The position numbers and the translations under genes were made by a program. From Chiloscyllium plagiosum (taxonomy: Eukaryota), in contig NC_057719.1 in the NCBI RefSeq assembly GCF_004010195.1, positions 87,118,274 through 87,182,273 on the forward strand: DNA of 64,000 nucleotides, written 5' to 3'. A model generated the notes under the pieces. That model did no database searches and was not told the DNA's origin. It saw only the letters and a program-made list of their open reading frames with translations. Positions 1 through 11,819 of this stretch are shown piece by piece (positions within the stretch are counted from its first letter, which is position 1; every line of letters begins with the position of its first letter).

Positions 1-2149
1 TAAATCCTTTGGAACTCCATCTAAAAATAAGTAGTCTTAGACCTACTGACTGACATCCATGTTGCATTACTCTTTAATTTCTGGATTGAGCGTGCAATTT
101 GGGCTGTTGTTGGAATGCAATTCTGCAGGCACAGCATTGTCAAGTGAGTTATCTTTCATGGACTGTCTGCTGGTTTGGCTAGATGTAAGATATCTCCTAT
201 TACTATCCAACAAAGAGGGATATTCATTTGATATCAAGATTCTCACATAATAGCTTGTAAAAAGTGTTGTCATTTATTGTATTTACCATTGGTGGGAATT
301 GTGTACACATTGTCAGCTGTGTTTTTCACAGTATCATCATTGGTCACATTTCAGAGAGTGAGTGCAATAAGACGTCAAGGATGTGAAAGGTACTTTTTAA
401 GTGCAATTTCTGCCTTTCGCTGGTATGGAGAGTGACAGTTTCAACTGAAAATGTCCCTTTAATGACACTGTGCAGCTGATCAAAATTTAGTTTGTTACTG
501 CTGGTTCGTAAATTCCTTAAAATAAGGTTTTTAAGTAAGAGAACACTTCCAAACAGTGTGTCTTGCATTATTGAGGGTGTGCAATCACAGCCAACAGTGT
601 GTGAATCAACACACCCTGTCATGAAGTAAACTGCTTTGAATTTTCTTGCTCAGATGTTTGTTAAATCAATGTAATTGGTTCCATGCACCTGATCCAATGA
701 GCAGGAAAATGAGAGCTCAGAATTTGAAAGTTGGTGCTTGCATTCTTTTTTTCATTCTCTCACTAACATTCCCTCCCACTGAGGTCAGCAGCACTAAATC
801 AAACTGCATTTTTCCTTTCCCAGCCACTTTCTATAGTTAATTTTCCTTCAGTGTAAACATTGAGAGATTTGTGATAATACATTAATTCATGTTTCCAGTC
901 CTTATCTGTCCCAGGGGAAATGGCCTGACTGTATGAAATGAACCCCACCTACATTGCAGCTCCTGCTGGCCACATCCCAGCTGCCGAAAGTATGAGCCAT
1001 CTGTGCCCCATGACTACCTTACCCCATTTATATTGTGAAGAAATTCTAGGTAGGTATCGAAACTATTCTCACAAGCAAGGACAAAAATCAATGAAAGAAA
1101 CAAAAATATTATTGATGTCTGTAGATTACACTTCTACCCTAGAATGCAGTAGGGTCCTCTCTCCACAATGCAACATTCCTTCCATTTCTAAGGTCCCTTG
1201 CGTCCATTTTTCAAAGTTACAAAAGCAGATTTTTTTTTTAGTTTTGCTGTTATAAATCACCACATGACTGAGTGCTGGTAGTTACCAGCATTCCAGGGTT
1301 TTTGCAAAAAGATTCATCTCTAGTTCTGCTCTAAACAAAGTTATATGGTGTCTTAACACACATGCTTAGAAGTTTTAGAAGCAACTTAGATTGACAGTGA
1401 TACCAGTGAGGATTTTTTTAAATTCTAAATGAACATACAATAGATATTTTCCAGTAAATCTATTACACACCTTGGGAGCAGATGGGACACCGAGTCCAGG
1501 CATGTACGCTCAGAGGTAGGGCCGCTACCACTATACCACAAGAGCCCCCATGAACATACCATATGCTGTGCAGTCCTTTATGTGAATAAAGAGCTGATTT
1601 TTTTTTCTTCAATTTGTCAACTGAGTGCACATCTTGTTCTAGGTTGTTTGACAAATTTGTCTGCTTGGTGTGGTAGAGGGGGAATGTGAGTGGGAAGTAT
1701 TGCAGGTGAAAGAGAGAATGGAACTGAATATACCTGAAGGTTATAATATTGCCATGCTGAAATGCAAACTCAAGTCCACAGTCTCTCAATGCTTATGTTA
1801 TCATCAATTCACCACAATTTTCTCTATTATGCAACTTTCACCCCATTTGCAATCATTTTTTTTTCTTCTCCATAGTCATCAGTTGTGTAGTTCCCACCAA
1901 CTCAATGCTCACTTTTCATCCTACTTCTGCTCTGTTACCACAAGTATTCCACAAAGAATCATTCTCGGGCCTGCTACTTGGTAATAACATCCAAAAACAG
2001 AGTTGGTTTCTATGCTGATGACCCTGCAACAGGTCTACCTTTGGCCACCATCCTATCAACTCAACCACTGTCGTTAAATTAACTGACACCCAGTATTGGT
2101 TCAGCAGAAGCTGCTTCTCATCAAATATTGGGAAGGTGAAAGCCATTAT

Positions 2150-2890
2150 TTTTCCAGTCCAAAATACATTTGTGCGCTATTGACTCCATCCTTCTGGTCT
2201 GAAATTAAAGTAGTCTGTTTGCAGCCTGGTGTCACTTTCGAACCTGGGTTGAGCTTCCAACATTTGATTTGTGCTAACAGTAAGAACACCTATTTCTACC
2301 TGTTTCCCTAGGTCAACTACTACAAAATTGGGTAAAGGCAGGCGCAAGAAGCCTCATCCATTCCTTTGTCGCCTCTCAGCTTGACTATTCCAATGCACGC
2401 CTGGCCAATTTCCCACATTCTACACACTGTAAATTGGAGGTCATCCAGAATTCAATTACCCGTCTTAACTTGCAGCAAATCTGTTACCTGTCTCTCTCCC
2501 TCTCTCTCTCTGTCTCTCTCTCTCATGCATGCGTGCACACACAACCCCAACCCCACTCACTGGCCTATCCTAACATGCAGTGAATACTTGTTTGATGCTA
2601 AAATTCTCATTCTTATTTTCAGTTCCCTCTATTGCTTTGTTCCTCCCAACCTCTGTAATCTCCTCCAGATCCACCATACTGCAGGATATTTACACTCCTC
2701 CAATTCTGGACGCTTGCACATTTCGAGTTATAATAGCTGCATCATCATTGGCCATTGCTTGAATTGCCTGGGTCCCAAATACTGGAATTCTCTCAAGTCT
2801 CTTGCCCACTTTCTTTCTTTTTCTTCCTTGAGGACTCTCCTTAAAATCTACCATTTTTGGTCAAGCTTTTAGCTTGACCTAACATCTCTT
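2150..2890 (+). mobile_element. Degenerate L2 LINE 3' fragment with an embedded (CT)n microsatellite at ~2489-2524
   Basis: ctcatccattcctttgtcgcctctcagcttgactattccaatgca translates to LIHSFVASQLDYSNA, resembling the L2 RT C-terminal motif LIHAFVTSRLDYCN. Confidence 0.6.
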
Positions 2891-3084
2891 ATCTAGGTTG
2901 ATCATGCTCCTGTGAACAACCTTGGATTATGTTGTTCATGATATAGTGTTATTTTACTACAAGTAGCTGTGTTCACTCCAAGTCCCTCGAACCCAGGCTC
3001 TACTCGGAAAATTGATTCTGAAGAAGTTTCATAAGTAACACATTGCATTGAACCACTCATTGAAAGAATTAACCACAAGTTTGT

Positions 3085-3392
3085 GGGTGGCACGGTAGCA
3101 CAGTGAGGCTCTGCTGCCTCACAGCGCCAGAAACCTGGGTTCAGTTTCCGCCTCAGGCAACTGTCTGTGTGGAGTTTGCACATTCTCCCTGTGTCCGCGT
3201 GGATTTCCTCCCGGTGCTCCAGTTTCCTCCCACAGTCCAAAAATGTGCAGTTTAGGTGAATTGGCCATGCTAAACTGCCCATAGTGTTAGGTGTAGGGGA
3301 ATGGGTCTGCGTGGGTTGCTCTTCGGCGGGTCGGTGTGGACTTGTTGGGCTGAAGGGTCTGTTTCCACACTGTAAGTAATCTAATCTAATCT
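3085..3392 (+). mobile_element. HE1-type V-SINE (tRNA head, V-domain, CR1-derived tail with (TAATC)n)
   Basis: A/B-box-like head, V-domain tgtggagtttgcacattctccc...tttcctcccacagtccaaa, and tail gaaggg.ctgtttccacactgtaag(taatc)n; near-identical to 9376-9700. Confidence 0.9.
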
Positions 3393-3975
3393 TCTGTTTA
3401 CCTGCCACTTTACATTTTTATCTTTCAAATGTTTAGTCCCACCTGTAAATCCTATGAAGGGCTTTGTTCCTAATTCAGGCAATGGTAAGACAACATAGAT
3501 TGCTGTTCACTGAGCTTTGCATGAAACCAATTACCTTAACATTATGCCCCCTCGTGATAGACATTTCCACCATGGGAAAGTCTCTGGCTATCCACTCTAA
3601 CTATGCCTCTCATCATCTTGTACACCTCTATCAAGTCACCTATAATTGGTCTCTAATTGGCTAGAGTGGAAAATTGGCTTGGGCTGTATGCCCTAGATTA
3701 AAACAACTAATTTCAAAATGAGTGTGAAAACCTGAATCACATTCAGCTTTCTTTGGGGTCAGCTGATTCTAGGACCCTGTGTTTGTCAATGTGGGTCTTT
3801 GTCTGATGATCTGAGCTGAGCTGTCAATTAGTTTTGAAAAGTATTTTGGGGATAGAGGAGGGTTGCATTGAGTGATGCTAGGTCAGGGTTGGATTTGATG
3901 CCTATGTTGATAAATATACTACCAACATGCACTACACCACTTCATGTGGTAGCCCATGGAACTGTATCCTGGTAA

Positions 3976-4260
<285 letters not shown>

Positions 4261-5054
4261 TAAGAACATACTTGCTGGAGTTGTGACAAATAATGCTTTC
4301 TTCATTAGGTTTTAGTTTGGTGACTGCATCTTTTAAATTCAGTTGTTGTGCAGAGATCATTGAAGCCCAAGATCTGTACCTGCAGAATTGTGCAGGTATA
4401 AATTGTTATAAATTCACTGGCTATTGCATTGAGTGTGTGTCTCAATTTTCAAATGGTAGACATTTCCGAACTATTTGTTTTTGGCATGCCTATTCTTTTT
4501 GGAATTGAAGTGGCTCTTTCTTCCATGCCCGAGTGACTTTCTAGGAAATGAATAGTACTGAATTGATTGTTGGAAAATATCCCATGAGAACAGACATCAC
4601 ACATCTTAGCGAAGCAAAGAGACTTTTTAGGAAATCTCAGCAGAGACTGTTTCAACTACCTGAAAGAAAGAGATATGGTGTATCATAAGAGTATTATCTG
4701 CAAAAGTCTTGGTTCTTAGCTGCACATCCAGCTTAAATAATTTTATCCAAGTGTGTCCTTTACCTAAAAGCAAGCTGACACTCAGCTCAAATACAGCTTG
4801 CACTTGAGTCTATTCATATACTAGGATCTCCATTTCTAGGCCAGTACTGTGCATCCCTTTCTCATAAATTCCCTCTTTCACACATTCTTATTCACAGGCA
4901 GTTAGATCAATGATGGCCATTTGTTAGGAAAATTTGTTATAATTGGCTTTGGGAACACAGAGGAGAAAGTGAGGTCTGCAGATGCTGGAGATCAAAGTTG
5001 AAACTTTATTGCTGGAACAGCACAGCAGGTCAGGCAGCATCCAGGGAACAGGAG

Positions 5055-5088
5055 ATTCGACGTTTCGGGCACAGGCCCTTCTTCAGGA
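5055..5088 (-). ncRNA. Minimal hammerhead motif, intact core, antisense to INO80
   Basis: The reverse complement reads tc-CTGAAGA-A-GGGC(CTGT)GCCC-GAAACGTC-gaat; helix I is shortened at the inversion junction. Confidence 0.65.
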
Positions 5089-5317
5089 TTCTTTGGCCTG
5101 TGCCCGAAACGTCGAATCTCCTGTTCCCTGGATGCTGCCTGACCTGCTGTGCTGTTCCAGCAATAAAGTTTCAACTTTGATCTCCAGCATCTGCAGATCT
5201 CACTTTCTCCTCGAAGATTTCAACCTACTGCGAATCCTCTTACAAGGATGCCTTCCTTGAAGAAGCTCTCTGCCTCTCTCTACAAAGATTTCAGTGAGTC
5301 CCTAACACTCTCTGCTC

Positions 5318-5353
5318 ATTCCTGAAGAAGGGCCTGTGCCCGAAACGTCGAAT
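5318..5353 (+). ncRNA. Minimal type-I hammerhead ribozyme motif (PLE-associated), intact core, sense to INO80
   Basis: ATTC-CTGAAGA-A-GGGC(CTGT)GCCC-GAAA-CGTC^GAAT: helix I ATTC/GAAT, CUGAnGA box, 4-bp helix II, GAAA box, palindromic ACGU, GUC cleavage triplet (after 5349). Confidence 0.8.
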
Positions 5354-6224
5354 CTCCTGTTCCCTGGATGCTGCCTGACCTGCTGTGCTGTTCCAGCAAT
5401 AAAGTTTCAACTTTGGGAACACAGATCATTACAAGTTTATTCTTGTTTGATTAACTGACAAGATAATTAGTGTATCTGCATCCTTTTTAAGACTTGGATC
5501 CCAATACATAAGGATGATCATTCATCACCCCATGGAGAGCCAGGGCCTATGAAAGATGGAGGGGACTGATCTACCAGTCAAGACAATTAATCAAACCATC
5601 TGGATTGATAACACATTTCTTAGTTTGGACTAAATGTTACCACATGGCATAATGGAGAGATGTAGAACAGATAATGTGAAATCCCTTTTGGATATGGAGG
5701 AGTGATGTCTCATGGATCTGTGCTAGAACTTGTTCTTTTTGTTTATATGCAGGTTAGCTGCTGCTAGTACAGGAAGAGCATGTGGGACCTTGCAGCTGGA
5801 TGTAGTGGTATATGATATAAAGGAAGCAGTTACAGTTTAATGCAGAGTATTGTATCAAGAAAAGACTGCAACCAATTTATGCACTGCAAGCTGACACAAA
5901 CATCAACATGATAATGACCAACTCATCTGCTTTTGAGCCTGAAACTTTGAGACTTACAAAGCAAGAATGCTCCCAACTGAGTCATGGTTCCCAGGGTTCA
6001 TTTGTTCCTTTTAACAGTGATGTTTTTCAGTACTATTCTGGGACTTCGTTGCCAGTACAAGTGAAGTTGTCAGATGAGCCATGATCTCACTGGGGGAGCA
6101 GACTCCATGGTCTGAATGGCTTACTTTTACTCCTGTCTTTTGGTCTTAACTTTAGTTTTCATACATTTTTGTCACAGAATATGTGACAAAAGCAGACATT
6201 TTATGCACACTTAAAGTCCTTGAA

Positions 6225-7110
6225 TCACACAACATAGAAACAGACCCTTCAGTCCAACGTGTCTACACCAGCCAGATATCCTAAACTGAAGTAGTCCCAT
6301 TTCCATCTTTTGGCCCAGATCTTCTAAACCCTTACCATTCATGGACCGATCCATATGCCATTTAAACATTTGTATTTGTACTTGTCTCTACCATTTCCTA
6401 TGGCAGCTCATTTCGGATACACACCGCCCTCTGCTTGACAAAGTTACCCCTCATGTCCTTTTTAAATCTGTCCTCAAGTTTTGGACTCCGTCACCCTAGC
6501 AAAAAGATCATGGCTATTCACCCTATCTATGCCCCTCATGATTTTATAAATGTCTGTAAGGTCACCCATCAGTCACTGAAGCTCCAGGAGGAAAAGGCCC
6601 ACCTATTCACCTCCCTCAAACCCTCCAGACCCAGCAAAATCTTTGTAAGTCTTTGCTGCACCCTGTCAACTTTAACAACATCCTTCCTATAGTAAGGTGT
6701 CTAGAATTGTACACAGTATTCCAAAAGTGGCCTCACCTATGTGCTATACAGCCTCAACCTAATATCCCAACTCTCTACTCGCTGCATTGACCAGTGAAGG
6801 AAAGCTTGCCAAATATCTGCTTCCCCACCGTATCTACCTGCGACTCCACTTTCAAGGAACTGTGCATCTGCACACTAGGTGTCTTTGTTTGGCAACACTA
6901 CCCAGGACCCTACCATTTGAGGGTATAAATCTTGCCCTGATTTACCTTACTAAAACCTCTCATTTATCTAAATTAAACTCAATCAGCCATTTCTCGCCCC
7001 TGATAAGGTCCCATTGTAATCTTAGATAACCACCTTCACTGTCCACTTCACCACCAATTTTGGCGTCAACTGCAAACTATTAACTATGTCTCCTATGTTC
7101 TCATCCAAAT
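6225..7110 (-). mobile_element. CR1 LINE 3' fragment
   Basis: Reverse complement of the CR1 RT C-terminus and 3'UTR (cagacccttcagtccaac, aattgtacacagtattccaaaagtggcct), as in other copies in the window. Confidence 0.8.
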
Positions 7111-7259
7111 CAACTTTTATAATTCCTCCCATCTTCTCCCACATTTTGCACTATATCCTTCTCTTTGTTTTTCCCTCATGCTTGTCCAACTTCCCTTATT
7201 TTTTCTTTCCAAACTATTCTATTCCCCTAAATTATCTATAGTCTTAAGTGCCACATTCA

Positions 7260-7440
7260 GGATTGGCTAGCTCAGTTGGCTGGTTTGCAATGCAGAGTGA
7301 AACTAATAACTTGGGTTCAATTCCTGCACTGACTGAGGTCACAATGAAAGATTGTCCTTTTCAACCTGTCCATTGACCTGCGGTGAATTCTCTCTGATGA
7401 GAGGAGCTCTGTGGTCCAGAAGGACTTTGTGACTTTTATC
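7260..7440 (+). mobile_element. Old tRNA-derived SINE (related copy at ~43600-43895)
   Basis: tagctcagttgg (A-box) ... gggttcaattcc (B-box) followed by ctgaggt.ac.atgaaag, shared between the two copies. Confidence 0.6.
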
Positions 7441-7645
7441 TATCTTAATGAATCTGCTTTGATCTTAATGAATTTTGGATCGGCGAAAGGGACCAAATGA
7501 CCTACTCTTGTTCCTATTTGTTATAGTTTTACTCTCACCTTTGAATAAAAGTTTTTGTACTATCCCCCGTTGGATATTTTGGTGGATGTCTTAGACTGAC
7601 ACACAGTATTTGAATTTTGCCTCTCAAATGGACACCTGTTCTTTT

Positions 7646-9850
7646 CATAGAACATGGAACAGTACAGCATAGTATAGGCCCTTCGCCCCTTAATGTTGTG
7701 CCAGCCTTTTGTCCTACTCCAAGATCAGACGGACCTACATACCCTTCATTGTACTATCTTCCATGAGCCAATCCAAGAGTTGCTTAAATGTCCGTCTACT
7801 ACCACTGCTGGCAGTGCATTCCACGCACCTACTACTCTGACATCTTCCTTAAACATTCCTCCAATTACCTTAAAATAATGCTCCCTCCTGATAAACATTT
7901 CCACCATGGGAAAGTCTCTGGCTATTCACTGTTTCTGTGCCTCTCATCATCTTGTGCACCTCTATCAAGTCACCTCTCATCCTTCTTCACTCCAATGAGA
8001 AAGGCCCGAGCTCCCTCAACCTTTCTTCATAAGACATGCCCTCCAGTCCTAGCACCATCCTCCTCTGCACCCCCTCTAAAGCTTCCACATCTTTTCTATT
8101 ATGAGGCGACCAGAACTGAGCACAATATTCCAAGGGTAGTCAAACCAAAACTCTATAGATCTGCAGCATACCCTTGCGGCTTTTAAATTTAATTTCCCTG
8201 CTAATGAAAGACAACACCACATGCCGCCTTAATAACCTTACCAACTTGGGTGTCAATTTTGAGGTATCTGTAGACACGGACTCCAAGATCTCTCTGTTCC
8301 TCCATACTGCCAAGAATCATGCCTTTAACCCTGTTTTCTGCATTCAAATTCAACCTTCCAAAGTGAATGACTTCACACTTCTTTCCGAGTTGTACTCCAT
8401 CTGCCAGTTCCGCATCCTGTCAATGTCCCATTGCAACCTACAACAGCCCTCCACACTATCTGCAAATTCGCCTACCTTCGTGTTATCGGCATACTTACTA
8501 ACCCACCCATTCACTTTCTCATCCAAGTCATTTATGAAAATCACAGAGCAGAGATCCCAGAACAAATCCCTGCGGAACATCGCTAGTCATTGAGCTCTAG
8601 GCTGAATATTTTCCATCAATCACATCAACCTCTGGCTTCTATGGGCCAGCCAATTCTGTATCCAGACAGACAGGTTTCCCTGCATCCCATGCATCCTTAC
8701 TTTCAGAATGAGCCTGCCAAGCGGAACCTTCTCAAATGCCTTGCTAAAATCCTCATACATCACATTCACTGCTCTACCTTCATCCTTGTGTTTTGTCACA
8801 TCCTCAAAGAATTCAATAATGTTTGTGAGGTATGCCCGTCACAAAGCATGACAATTATCTGTAATCAAAATATGATTTTCCAAATAATCATAAATTCTCT
8901 CTTTCAGAATCCTGTCTAATATTTAGTCCATCATATAAGACTGACTGGTCCATAATTCCCAGAATTATCCCTATTCCCTTTCTTGAACATTTACCACTTT
9001 CCAATCATCCAGCATTATTTCAGTGGACAGTGAGGATGCAAAGATCATCACGAAAAGAACAGCCGTGTCTTCTCTCGTTTCCTGTAGTAACCAAGGGTAT
9101 TTTCCATCTGGCCCAGGGGATTTATCCATCCTTACGTTTTTCAAATTTTTCAGCACATCTTCCTTCCTAATATCAACTTGTCCTAGCATATTGGTCTGAT
9201 TCACACTGTCCTCAGAAACATCAAGGTCCCTCTCGTGAATACTGAAGCAAAGAAGTATGCATTAAGGACTTCCCTTACTACTACCAACTCCAGGCGCAAG
9301 TTCCCTCCACTATCCTTGATTGGCCCTGCCCTCACTCTGGCCATCCTGTTGTTCCTCACAAGTGTAGAACGCCGTGGGCGGCACGGTGGCACAGTGGTTA
9401 GCACTGCTGCCTCGCAGCGCCAGAGACCCGGGTTCACTTCCCGACTCAGGCGACTGACTGTGTGGAGTTTGCACGTTCTCCCCGTGTCTGCGTGGGTTTC
9501 CTCCGGGGGCTCCGGTTTCCTCCCACATTCCAAAGATGTGCAAGTCAGGTGAATTGGCCATGCTAAATTGCCCGTAGTGTTAGGTAAAGGGGTAAATGTA
9601 GGGGTATGGGTGGGTTACGCTTCGGCGGGTCGGTGTGGACTTGTTGGGCCGAAGGGCCTGTTTCCACACTGTAAGTAATCTAATCTAATCTAATCTAATC
9701 CTACTCACTAAAACCTTTTCATGCCCCCTTGCGTCTCTAAGTCCATTCTTGAGTTCCTTCCTGGCTACCTTGTAACCCTCTAGAGCCCCTGTCTGATCCT
9801 TGCCTCCTCAACCTCAAGTAAGCTTCCTTCTCCCTCTTGACTAAGGTTGA
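7646..9850 (-). mobile_element. CR1 LINE fragment (RT region to 3' end), interrupted by an HE1 SINE
   Basis: Minus-strand ORFs contain IFINDLD..SKYADNTKV, DKSPGPDG and YFFASVFT, all CR1 ORF2 motifs. Confidence 0.88.
9376..9700 (+). mobile_element. Young full-length HE1-type V-SINE
   Basis: A-box TGGCACAGTGG at 9387-9397, B-box GGTTCACTTCC at 9431-9441, V-domain, many retained CpGs, (TAATC)5 tail. Confidence 0.92.
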
Positions 9851-10247
9851 AAGAACCTTGAGTGATAAGGGACATAGTCAAGAGGGAGAAGGAAGCTTAC
9901 TTGATGTTGAGGAGGCAAGGATCAGACAGGGGCTCCAGAGAGTTACAAGGTAGCCAGGAAGGAACTCAAAAAAAAAAATACAAAAGCTTTACCTTACCAA
10001 GCCTCCACACATGGTCTTTTATTTTGGTTAGAGGAGGACATCGGGTGGGAGACAACCACACGTGTAGTGTCTCTGGTTTAGCCACAGCCCAAATACATCA
10101 GTCCATGTGTTCAGCAGTCCCCATGTCCACGTCCACTCCTGTTGAGCCTTCGCTTAGCTTATTCACAAGGTAAGTCTTTAAGACCTTCCTTGCAGCCCCC
10201 TGGTCCTTGCTGTCACTGCTCCTGCTGCAAATGGAAATGAACACAAC

Positions 10248-10339
10248 TCTAATAGAGATTTTGAGAAGTATGAAAGAGTTGTGATGGAAATGAACATTTC
10301 CATCACAACTCTTTCATACTTCTCAAAATCTCTGTTAGA
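10248..10339. repeat. 45-bp near-perfect inverted repeat with a 2-nt spacer
   Basis: 10248-10292 is the reverse complement of 10295-10339 with one mismatch. Confidence 0.92.
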
Positions 10340-11819
10340 TCACTTCTCAACCTTTTGAGAAGAGGCCAGTTGTGTTCATCCTTTCCTTTGACGGATATAA
10401 TCTTAAACATGTTTTGCGCTTCTCCAATGCCCTGTAAGCTCTTATAATATGGTGACCAGAACACTACACTGCATTCAATTGATGGCTAACTAAGACTTAT
10501 TAGCCTAACTCTAAATAATAATTGGTCCTGCAGCTATTATTTTACAGGTCCTACTATACACTTGCTGAATTCCTGTCCCTCACCCCTTGCAGCAAATAGT
10601 TCGGAGGCATACCTGGTACATGGGAAAATACTGTTTTTATTGGTGGGCAGTCATCTCAGCTCAAGAAAATTTCTGCAGGAGTTGCTCATGATAGTGTTTT
10701 CAGTCCAACCATTTTTAGGTGCTTCAACAACCTTTTCTTCATGAAAAAGACACAAGTGGGCGCGTTGACTCATTGTTTATGTTGGTTATCAGTGTTGAAT
10801 ATTTGAAAGTTGATGACAGCAATAGGCAGCTAAGGGGAGTTAAGGCCACTAGCGAATCAGCCAACATCTTATTTTTGATGGGTTGAATAGCCTAAGCTTT
10901 CTGTTACTTAATTTTATCGGAGTGGAAACATGGGAACAAATTAAGGAAATTGAGTAAAAAAGAAATAATTCACTAAAATTAACAGGACAGAAGAGTCACA
11001 AAGTGATCAAAATTGTCATTTCTACAACAGAAATTCAATTACTTCTTCAGCCAATGTTTATGAAGCCGACAAAGAGAGGTTTACAACTGGGTCCACTCAT
11101 GGATAATGAAACAGAGCAGATGAGAATTAGGGGAGCATCTCGTAATAATTATCACAACATAAAATGCTTTTAAGATGATTGAGGGCATAACTAGGACCAG
11201 TCATAACCGATGATCAAAACACTAACTCAGCCACAAATGTATTCAGTCATGCAGCCGTCAATGTTGTTTGCAGAAGAGAATTCCAAAGGTTTGCAGTTCT
11301 CGCAGAAAACAGTCTTCCTCAATTCCAACTTAAGTAGTAGGAGAATCCTTATGTTTAAACTTTGTCCTTAGTTCCCAAGGGGAATATTCTTTCAACATCT
11401 ATTTATCAAGTCTCCTCAGAATCTTAGGTTAAAACTTCAGTCTCCGATCCAAATGAATACACCTTTTCTCATATGACCACACCAGCCCAAGAATCAGCTG
11501 AATGAAATTCCTCACCAATGCCCTGTTCAACCACAGCAAGACTTCTCTACTTCTATCCTCCCATGTCCCTTGGAATTAAGGCCAACATTCTGTTTGCCCT
11601 CCTAATTACTTGTTGCACCTGCAGGCTAATTTTGTGGTCTGTGTACAAGACCACCCAGACTCCTTTGTATTGCACTATCTCTCCATTTATGTTATGTTTT
11701 ATTTTACTCCAAATACCAAAGCTAGACAACCTCTCAATTTCCCACATTAAATACCATCTATCAATTTTGCTGACTTGCTTCATTTATCTGTATCATTTGA
11801 CAGATTATTTTGTCAAACA

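Larger units (their letters stand above)
4961..5410 (+). mobile_element. Short non-autonomous Penelope-like element: inverted 5' terminal repeat plus two direct terminal repeats, 14-bp TSD
   Basis: 4960-5077 is the reverse complement of 5095-5212, and 5331-5414 directly repeats 5095-5178. The flanking repeat ctttgggaacacag is at 4947-4960 and 5411-5424. A related terminal repeat follows a GIY-YIG fragment at 55360-55900. Confidence 0.85.

Noticed and set aside
4982..5260. Near-identical 60-aa ORFs on both strands (MKLYCWNSTAGQ...) resembling a gene pair or toxin-antitoxin system
   Set aside because: They are a by-product of the 118-bp inverted repeat; there is no ATG start and no splice or coding evidence.
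10248..10339. A microRNA gene call
   Set aside because: A near-perfect stem with a 2-nt loop and duplication scars fits a rearrangement better, and no known mature sequence was recognised.
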